Shown here in pieces: positions 57,128 through 64,000 of a DNA stretch of 64,000 nt (position 1 is its first letter; every line of letters begins with the position of its first letter). Position numbers and translations under genes: made by a program. A model generated the notes under the pieces. That model made no database searches, was not told where the DNA came from, and saw only the letters and a list, made by a program, of their open reading frames with translations. Source of the DNA: Lentisphaeria bacterium (GTDB lineage: Bacteria; Verrucomicrobiota; Lentisphaeria; JABSQK01; JAWLHB01); contig JAWLHB010000030.1 in assembly GCA_041690595.1 (NCBI GenBank), positions 1-64,000 of the forward strand. Reading direction: 5' to 3'.

Positions 57128-58819
57128 ATGAACCCTGAAGCCACCCACGATTTCGATTACGATGAGAGGATTCCTGCCCCAGCGCCGGCCGTTTCGACCC
57201 TCCAGCGCCTGCTTCAGTGCAACCCCTTCTACCTCGCCAGCGCGGCCATGCTCCTCTTTGGCATCTACATCCTCTGGGGAGATACGGAGGGGCTCAGTGA
57301 AGTCGATCACCTGCTGATGAACTTCCTGACCATCCACGGCTACGAAATGATGCTGGTGGCAACCGCTATCGCCCTTGCCAGCCGAAAGGTCTGGTACGAT
57401 TCCACCCTCCTGATCGTCATCGAGAACGTCATCCTGTGGGTGCCCTTCGTCCTTCTCAGCCAGGCAACCTGGCTTGGCAATGGCGAGTCCTCCACCCTCC
57501 GGATCACCGCCGGCGTGGCCGCGGCCAGCGCCCTGCTCGTCATCGTCAGGGTATCCGCCGTCAAGCTCTTCTTCCGCGAGCTGCTGCTGCCGCGACGCCT
57601 CCTCCTCATCGGCACGCTTCTGCTGGGCGTCAACATCGCCCTTCCCTTCGTCTTCAACTATCTCCATCAGGTCACGCCCGAAGAGATGCGGGCCGATATC
57701 CTGCATCAGGCTCTCTTTCTGGCAATCGTTGTCGCCTATCCGCTGCTTTCTGCTCTCATCAACGTCCTGCCCAACCCCGCCTCCAGTGCTCCCCGCGTCT
57801 GCGAGAGCGGCCTGTTGCCCTGGCAGCTCTTCACCATCTGGCTGGCTGCCACCGGCTACCATCTCTGGGCGCTGATGTATGTCTACGACGTCATGGGCGA
57901 GGATACCTGGATCATCCCCTCGCTGTGGGTCGTGGCATGGAGCCTCTACCACCGCCGCGAGGATCTCTTCCCGGCCTGCGTGCCGTGGAAGGAAAAGGCC
58001 CTCCTGCTCCTGCCGCTCGCCATCTTTGCCGGCGCCGGAACCCTCTCCCTCAGCCCCATCCTCATGGGACTCACCCTCGCCAACGCCACCTTCTATGCCC
58101 TCATCCTCTACCGACGGCACACGACCGTTACCCTGACCCTCCTCCTCGTCTCCCTCGCGGGAACCGCCGCCTTCATTCCCATCGAGTGGGGCCAGAGCCT
58201 GTCCGCCGACTTCCAGCGCGGCCACGCCATGATCGGGGCGCTGCTGCTCCTGCTGATCATCAGCGCCGCTCTGATCCGCAACATGGCGATAGGGCTGCTC
58301 GGCGCCGCCGCTCTCGCGATCCTCTGCGGACGCATCCTGCCCGCCGCCGGCATCAGCGCCGATGTCACCTGGCAGGTCGTACCCGCCTTCCTCCTCCTCC
58401 ACAGCCTGCGCTGGAGCCGTGACCATATCTGGTTCGCCAACAGCATAAGGGTTCTTGTTATCAGCGGCTGGCTGCTGGCCACCCTCAAGTGGCTCCACTT
58501 CGCCGAGGGCTGGCAGCCTGGCGCCGTGAGCTGCACGGTCGCCCTGCTCGTGCTCGCCCTCTACGCGATTCGCTCCACCTGGACCTGGCAGGTGGAGCCG
58601 AAGCTCGTCGCTCATGGCGCTTTGGCGATCCTCCTCCTGCAGCCGATCTATCCGATCATGGACATGGTCGTCGAAGCCGGTCCCGGCATGATCGTTATCA
58701 CCATCTCCTTCCTCCTCTTCGCCGTCGGCACCTGCCTCGCCCTCAACCGCGAACGTTGGCTTCACCATCCCCCGACGCTCGACTTACCCGACGATCAAAC
58801 CGCCCCCGCGACCTCCTGA
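57128..58819 (+). CDS. Hypothetical polytopic membrane protein
   Basis: 563 aa with many TM helices; N-terminal CNPFYLASA..LFG..YE motif; strong RBS. Confidence 0.8.
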   Translation: MNPEATHDFDYDERIPAPAPAVSTLQRLLQCNPFYLASAAMLLFGIYILWGDTEGLSEVDHLLMNFLTIHGYEMMLVATAIALASRKVWYDSTLLIVIENVILWVPFVLLSQATWLGNGESSTLRITAGVAAASALLVIVRVSAVKLFFRELLLPRRLLLIGTLLLGVNIALPFVFNYLHQVTPEEMRADILHQALFLAIVVAYPLLSALINVLPNPASSAPRVCESGLLPWQLFTIWLAATGYHLWALMYVYDVMGEDTWIIPSLWVVAWSLYHRREDLFPACVPWKEKALLLLPLAIFAGAGTLSLSPILMGLTLANATFYALILYRRHTTVTLTLLLVSLAGTAAFIPIEWGQSLSADFQRGHAMIGALLLLLIISAALIRNMAIGLLGAAALAILCGRILPAAGISADVTWQVVPAFLLLHSLRWSRDHIWFANSIRVLVISGWLLATLKWLHFAEGWQPGAVSCTVALLVLALYAIRSTWTWQVEPKLVAHGALAILLLQPIYPIMDMVVEAGPGMIVITISFLLFAVGTCLALNRERWLHHPPTLDLPDDQTAPATS

Positions 58820-59007
58820 GCGTCCCTGTACGACTTGCATCGGCGGGACCGCCTCGGCGCAGTCGTGCGGAAATCGCTGGACAGCCATGTTTACGCGATT
58901 ATCATAAGCCCGTCTTGTTCTCCTGGAGCTGAGTATCCACTCACGTTGGCCACGGAAACAGGATGACTCGGCGCAGACGAGTCTTGAGCTTAACAGGAGT
59001 TGTCGAC

Positions 59008-60009
59008 ATGCTGTCGTTGCGGGAATTTGCCAAGCTTGCGGGAGTATCGCGGACCACGGTGTCGCGGGCTTTCTCGAACAGCGATAAGGTGGCGCCGGCC
59101 ACGCGGAAACAGCTTTTCGAGCTGGCCGCGACGGTGGGTTTCCGGCCCAGTCCGGTCATGCGACCCGCGACGCGAGGCGGCGGCCGTACCCACAGCGTCG
59201 GCGTGCTTTATCCCGGCTACCGGGCCAGTTTCTTCCAGGACATCCAACGCGGCATCCAGGACGATCTGCTCTCCCACGGCATCCTGCCGATCATGCTGGC
59301 CGTGGATGTCCACAACATGCATCAGTGCCTCAATCGCCTGGTCGACCACCGGATTGACGGGCTCGTCACCACCAGTGCGGAAGAGGCCATCACTCAGGAC
59401 GACCTGCAGCGCCTGCGGAAGATGAAACTGGCGACGGTCTGGCTCGCCTCGGATCATGGACGGAGCTTTCCGCAAGACGACAGTGTCAATACCGATGACT
59501 ACCAGGGGGGCATGCTCGCGGCGCGGCACCTGATCGATCTTGGGCACAGGCGCATCGGCCTGGGCTATCCGAAAGCGACAAATCGACTGGATGGCTTTCT
59601 GGCGGAGCTGGCGCGGCATGGCCTGACGGTGGAGCCCGATTGCAGGGTCGACATTCCAAATCCGGCTCAGCCTGAGTTTCGCGCCCGCGTGGTCGACCTG
59701 CTGTCCGGGAGCAGACGGCCGACCGCGATATTCTGCTGGACGGATCTGGAGGCGGCCGTCTTCTATCAGGTCGCGCACCAGCTCCACGTTGCCATACCGC
59801 GCGAGCTGAGCATTGTCGGCTATGCGGATTTGAACTTCGCCCCGCTGCTGTCACCGCCGTTGACGACGATTCGGCAGAATGGCTATGCGCTCGGTCAGCG
59901 CGCCGCGGAGCTTATCGTGGCGCGTATCGGCGGCGACAGCTCGCCTCCGCGTCAGGAATTGATTCCTGCCCAGCTGATTGTGCGGCAGTCCACCGCCCCA
60001 CCCACGTAA
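59008..60009 (+). CDS. LacI family transcriptional regulator
   Basis: SLREFAKLAGVSRTTVSRAF; LGHRRIG; PTAIFC..D; LSIVGYAD; PPLTTIRQ; LIVRQST. Confidence 0.95.
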   Translation: MLSLREFAKLAGVSRTTVSRAFSNSDKVAPATRKQLFELAATVGFRPSPVMRPATRGGGRTHSVGVLYPGYRASFFQDIQRGIQDDLLSHGILPIMLAVDVHNMHQCLNRLVDHRIDGLVTTSAEEAITQDDLQRLRKMKLATVWLASDHGRSFPQDDSVNTDDYQGGMLAARHLIDLGHRRIGLGYPKATNRLDGFLAELARHGLTVEPDCRVDIPNPAQPEFRARVVDLLSGSRRPTAIFCWTDLEAAVFYQVAHQLHVAIPRELSIVGYADLNFAPLLSPPLTTIRQNGYALGQRAAELIVARIGGDSSPPRQELIPAQLIVRQSTAPPT

Positions 60010-60043
60010 ACTACGACCAATCATCATTTTTTCCGGATAGAGG

Positions 60044-60084
60044 TTGCATCAGGTGGGGAGCCGGCTATAATGTGACATGTCCCA
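60044..60084 (+). promoter_or_regulatory. sigma70 promoter with an overlapping palindromic operator upstream of the GH95-like operon
   Basis: TTGCAT-16-TATAAT (60044-60071), then TGTGAC-AT-GTCCCA (60071-60084; 6 of 7 pairs). Confidence 0.6.
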
Positions 60085-60109
60085 CCGCCAATCATAGGAG
60101 AGGCAACCG

Positions 60110-62443
60110 ATGCTTGACGAGATTTGTTTGCCGGGGCCGGCGCTACATTGGACGGATGGGCAGTTGCTGGGAAACGGGAATGTGGGTGCGGTGGTGTGGG
60201 GCACGGCCGAGCGGCTGAACATCGGGCTTTCGAAGCATGATATCAACGATCTGCGCAGCGACCTGCCGCATGGGACGCGGTGGCGGGTGCCGTATCGGGA
60301 GATCCGCGACCGGGTGATGGCGGGGGCGCGCAACGTGCGGGAGTTGATCGTGACTGAAGGCGGCTCCCCCATCGGTGGGCAACAGCAACTCTCGTGCGGC
60401 GCCCTGCATCTGGAAGCGATGCGCGCCGTGCAGCCGATCGGCTTCACGCAGCTTCTGGATCTTACGAAGGCAGAGGTGCGAGTCGAGATATCGCCCACGA
60501 TTGCCGGCTGGACGTTTGGGATGCAGTACAGCCCCGTGCAGGTGCGCACCTGGGTTGCCGCCACCAACAACCTGATCGTCGTGGAGTTGCGCAGCGAGCG
60601 GGAGCAGCAGATCGGTTGGGGCTACGACCGCCCACCCGACAGGTGCCGGTCTGCCCCGGTGTATGGCACTTCCGCCGCCGGCGACCGGCTGTTCGGGACG
60701 ATGCACATTGGCATGGAAGGTGGTGGCGCGCTGGCGGTCGGCGCACTTGGCGCGGGCAGCTTCGTGGTTGAGGCGGGGCGGTTTGGACTGCGTGGGTTGA
60801 TCGGCTTTGGCGGCGAGCAGGGACCGGCATGGTTGATTCTCGCCTTGGCGTCGGAGGTGGAGAGCGTCGATCCCGTCAGCGCGGCAGTAGCCGCCGCCGC
60901 CGACGCGAGCGCCCCCCGGTTGGCGGTGTTGGAGCGGGGGCATCGGGAGTGGTGGCATGATTTCTGGTCGAAGTCGACGGTGACGGTGGGCGATGCAAAG
61001 CTGCAACGGCTCTGGCAGATGGGCTTGTACCAGTTGGGGGCGAGTACGCGGCCGGATACCTCGCCACCGAATCTGCAGGGCATCTGGGTGCAGGATGAGG
61101 TGTCGCCGTGGCACGCGGATTTCCATTTCAATACGAATGTTCAGGAGTGCCATTGGGCGGCATGCGCGGCGAACCATCCAGAGTTGCAGGCAGCACTGGT
61201 GCGGGTGCTGACGCATGACTGGCGCGAGCAACTGCGACTTACCGCACGGGAGTCGTTCGACGCGCCTGGACTGGCTGTGCCGCTCTGTACGGACTGGCGC
61301 GGGCGCGCCATCAGTGCGTGGGGCTACTGGGAGCTCTGCGTCACCGCTTGGGCTGCGCAGCACCTTTGGGAGCAGTATCTTTATACGCAGGACACAACGC
61401 TGCTGCGCGACGCAATCTACCCGTTCCTCAAGGAGTGCGGCGACTTCTACCTGGCGCTGATGGTGCGCGATGCACAGGGTCAGTACAATATCGAGGTGAG
61501 CCATTCGCCCGAACAGATGTGGTTCGACGAAACGGGGCAACTGCAGCCGCTGCCGGGACGCAACCCAACCATCGACATCAGTTGCATCCGGACGCTTTTC
61601 GAGGCGCTTGTGGAAGGAGCCAGAGTGCTGGGGGAGGACGGCGAGGCGGTGGATGCCTGGCAGAACGTCGTCGATCACCTGCCCCCTCTGCCGACGCTCA
61701 ACGGCATCCTGATCGATTATGAAACCGGCTACTTCCGGGATGGCGACCGGCCCGGATTTCTGCCCTGGTGCCATCGGCATCCAAGCCGCCTGATGCCGAT
61801 CTTCCCTGGGCGCCAGATCGGGCTGCACAGCAGCGAGGAGCTGCTCGCGCTGGGCCGGCGTTCGTTTGCGGAGTTTCGCCATCGCTATGGGGACAAGCAG
61901 TTCACCGGTTGGTCGCAGGCCTATCAAGGCTGTATCGCCGCGCGTCTCGGTCTGGCAAGCGAAGCATTGGCGTGCCTGTACGCGGTTGCCGAGCACCATC
62001 AAATGGCGGGTGGATTGAGCAGCCACAACAGCCTGACACCGGGTCATGGCAATCACGCGCACCTTGGGGGTGCGCTGTTCCAGATCGAAGCGCTGCTGGG
62101 AGCCGCGGCCGCGGTCAACGAGATGCTGGTGCAGCGCACGGCGGACGGCGTGATCCACCTCTTCCCCGCATGGCCAAAGGAGCTGCCCGCCGCCTTCGAG
62201 ACACTCCGTGTTCCCGGCGCGCTTCTGCTCTCCGCCAGCTACGATGGGAAGCAGGTGACGACAGTGGCCGTGCTGGCGGAAGCAGCCGGCGAGCTGGCAC
62301 TGGCGAATCCATGGGGAGACAAGCAGGCAGAAGTACTTGGCCCCGACGAACGGAGACGAATGACGGGCGAGGTGTTGCGCTGGACGTCGCCAGCCAATAC
62401 CCTTTGGCACATCCGCGAGATACCGACAACCAAGGAGTCATGA
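60110..62443 (+). CDS. Glycoside hydrolase family 95-like (alpha-L-fucosidase/galactosidase-like)
   Basis: LGNGNVGAVVWG, PPNLQGIW, FHFNTNVQ..W, SPE, HRHPSRL.PIFPG, TGWS, FQIEA, EMLVQ, LFPAWP. Confidence 0.88.
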   Translation: MLDEICLPGPALHWTDGQLLGNGNVGAVVWGTAERLNIGLSKHDINDLRSDLPHGTRWRVPYREIRDRVMAGARNVRELIVTEGGSPIGGQQQLSCGALHLEAMRAVQPIGFTQLLDLTKAEVRVEISPTIAGWTFGMQYSPVQVRTWVAATNNLIVVELRSEREQQIGWGYDRPPDRCRSAPVYGTSAAGDRLFGTMHIGMEGGGALAVGALGAGSFVVEAGRFGLRGLIGFGGEQGPAWLILALASEVESVDPVSAAVAAAADASAPRLAVLERGHREWWHDFWSKSTVTVGDAKLQRLWQMGLYQLGASTRPDTSPPNLQGIWVQDEVSPWHADFHFNTNVQECHWAACAANHPELQAALVRVLTHDWREQLRLTARESFDAPGLAVPLCTDWRGRAISAWGYWELCVTAWAAQHLWEQYLYTQDTTLLRDAIYPFLKECGDFYLALMVRDAQGQYNIEVSHSPEQMWFDETGQLQPLPGRNPTIDISCIRTLFEALVEGARVLGEDGEAVDAWQNVVDHLPPLPTLNGILIDYETGYFRDGDRPGFLPWCHRHPSRLMPIFPGRQIGLHSSEELLALGRRSFAEFRHRYGDKQFTGWSQAYQGCIAARLGLASEALACLYAVAEHHQMAGGLSSHNSLTPGHGNHAHLGGALFQIEALLGAAAAVNEMLVQRTADGVIHLFPAWPKELPAAFETLRVPGALLLSASYDGKQVTTVAVLAEAAGELALANPWGDKQAEVLGPDERRRMTGEVLRWTSPANTLWHIREIPTTKES

Positions 62444-62446
62444 GCG

Positions 62447-63307
62447 ATGCAGAAATCAGCGAACCTACGCCTCTTCACCTTGATCGAGCTGCTGGTGGTC
62501 GTGGCGATTATCGCCATTCTCGCGTCAATGCTGTTGCCGGCCCTTTCGGCGGCGCGCGAGGCGGCAAAGCGGGTCGACTGCACCAACAACTACAAGAGTC
62601 TGGCCATGGCGACGACGTTGTATACGGGCGATAGCGACGATTTCTTTCCGCCAGCAATCTCGCGTCACAATCGCAGTCATGAGGTAACGAATCTGACGCG
62701 CAACTGGCACCACCTGATCGACGTGTATATCGACAACAAGCTGGAGCCGTTCACCAGCACGGAGCCGGGCGGGTGGCCGCAAGTGACGACCAACGCGATG
62801 TGCAACAAGGATTACGGGATCTGGCATTGCGCGACGGACATGAATGTCTCGATCGCCTGGAATTATGGGGGCCAGCTCAGCTATTTTGCCAACATGCACC
62901 TGAGCCGGACCTGGCGGGAGGTAAGCGGCGCGGCAGTCGTCGAAGGGGTCAACGGCAATGGCCAGGGGGGGACGAAGGTCGGTTCGGTGACCATTGCGGA
63001 TCGGATCATCCTCTATGGCCATTATTCACGCGGCATGTTCTGGTCCATCAAGGCAGCGGCGCTGACGTATCCCTGGGGAGCGATGTGGCTGGACCAGCTC
63101 GACAATGTACCTGGCTTCGGTTCGGTCGCCTGGTTTGCCACGCTGCACGCCAACAAGGCGACCTACGTGGCGGCTGATGGCCATACTGAGTTTCTTTCGC
63201 CTGATCAAATCGGCACGACGCCGAAGTATGGTGCCCATGCCACCCGCGCGCTCTTCTTCGCTCCGGGTCCGGGTACCGACGGCAATACGTACTACTCCAA
63301 CTGGTAA
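62447..63307 (+). CDS. Prepilin-type N-terminal cleavage/methylation protein with H-X9-DG motif (DUF1559-like)
   Basis: [44 protein letters not shown]. Confidence 0.92.
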   Translation: MQKSANLRLFTLIELLVVVAIIAILASMLLPALSAAREAAKRVDCTNNYKSLAMATTLYTGDSDDFFPPAISRHNRSHEVTNLTRNWHHLIDVYIDNKLEPFTSTEPGGWPQVTTNAMCNKDYGIWHCATDMNVSIAWNYGGQLSYFANMHLSRTWREVSGAAVVEGVNGNGQGGTKVGSVTIADRIILYGHYSRGMFWSIKAAALTYPWGAMWLDQLDNVPGFGSVAWFATLHANKATYVAADGHTEFLSPDQIGTTPKYGAHATRALFFAPGPGTDGNTYYSNW

Positions 63308-63319
63308 GGAAGAGGTTCC

Positions 63320-64000
63320 ATGGCAGAATGCATGCGTCTTGGCTTGTACGGCTGCAACATGTACCGGACGAAAGATCTGGTCGATGCGGTGCTGGCGGGT
63401 TGTCCCGGGCAGGTGAAACTGGTGGCCGGCTACGACGTGAATCCGGCGATGTCGCGCGCCTGCGAAGAACGCTACGGGATTGTGGCGTACCCGGAGCTGG
63501 AGGCATTCCTGGCGGCGGATTTCGATGTGGCGTTGATCAGCCTGCCGCCTTATCTGCACGCCCGGGCCTTTGCCGAGTGCGCCGCCGCGGGCAAGGATGT
63601 GTACCTGGAGAAGCCGGTATGCGTGGACGATGCCGGCCGCGCCAGCCTGCTGGCCACCCAGGCGGCCTATCCGCGGGTGCGCTGCTACGTCGGGCTGAGC
63701 TATCGGCACGTCGCCGTCTTCCGGAAGGTGGCAGAGCTGGTGCGCCGTCCGGAGGCGGGGGCGATCGTGGGCATTCACCATCACTGGTTTTCGCCCGGCG
63801 CGGCCATTCCGCCGGAGCAGCGCACCAACTGGCGGCACAAGCTGGAGGAAGGCGGCGGCCAACTGGTGAATCACTGCTGCCATGCCTTCGACTGGCTGGA
63901 GTGGATTGGCGGTCGCTTCACCGGGGTTTCGGCTTCCTGCTACACGCATCCGTCGGCATCGCTGCAGCATGAGGAGCAGGAGGTATCGGCGGCCTTTACC
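63320..64000 (+). CDS. Gfo/Idh/MocA family oxidoreductase, 5' part (runs off the window; not in the ORF track)
   Basis: Own translation from ATG 63320: MAECMRLGLYGC..KLVAGYDV..ISLPPYLH..GKDVYLEKPV..GGQLVNHCCHAFD. No stop before 64000. Confidence 0.88.
   Translation, partial: MAECMRLGLYGCNMYRTKDLVDAVLAGCPGQVKLVAGYDVNPAMSRACEERYGIVAYPELEAFLAADFDVALISLPPYLHARAFAECAAAGKDVYLEKPVCVDDAGRASLLATQAAYPRVRCYVGLSYRHVAVFRKVAELVRRPEAGAIVGIHHHWFSPGAAIPPEQRTNWRHKLEEGGGQLVNHCCHAFDWLEWIGGRFTGVSASCYTHPSASLQHEEQEVSAAFT

Noticed and set aside
57071..58768. 565-aa acidic minus-strand ORF
   Set aside because: Mirror of the Leu/Ile-rich membrane gene (CTC read as GAG). The plus strand has the promoter and RBS.
60143..62410. 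755-aa minus-strand ORF
   Set aside because: Antisense shadow of the GH95-like gene.
63328..63972. 214-aa ORF in the supplied track
   Set aside because: Wrong frame. The real gene is the Gfo/Idh/MocA frame starting at 63320, which runs off the window.

Overview
High-GC bacterial chromosomal window, probably from a PVC-superphylum organism such as Lentisphaerota or Kiritimatiellota. That placement is an inference from the three prepilin-type 'FTLIE[LV]LVV' proteins, a DWG-type Ser/Thr kinase, a sulfatase and many cytoplasmic CAZyme-like genes. Housekeeping genes: family-4 UDG, pssA, tsaB, rsmE, mutY, purB, ilvA, rpe, trxA, rpmA, a cardiolipin synthase, an ECF sigma/anti-sigma pair and an ABC transporter. 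It also holds a lower mevalonate operon (MK-PMK-MVD) and carbohydrate-utilisation loci (LacI, GH95-like, two BNR/sialidase-like genes, Gfo/Idh/MocA oxidoreductases, a clan-D GH). I saw no rRNA, tRNA, CRISPR array, integrase or transposase. Three structures stand out. (1) A 19-unit, 22-24 bp spacer-less tandem array (24448-24890) whose unit resembles IS21-family end repeats; it lies just upstream of a tandem winged-helix gene that has its own palindromic operator. (2) A two-gene sialidase-like cassette bracketed by a decayed duplicate of the 3' end of the upstream oxidoreductase gene (40-bp and 27-bp perfect blocks). (3) Pilin-like H-X9-DG proteins embedded in sugar loci behind LacI-type operators. 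All functional calls come from motif recognition by eye; no database searches were run.
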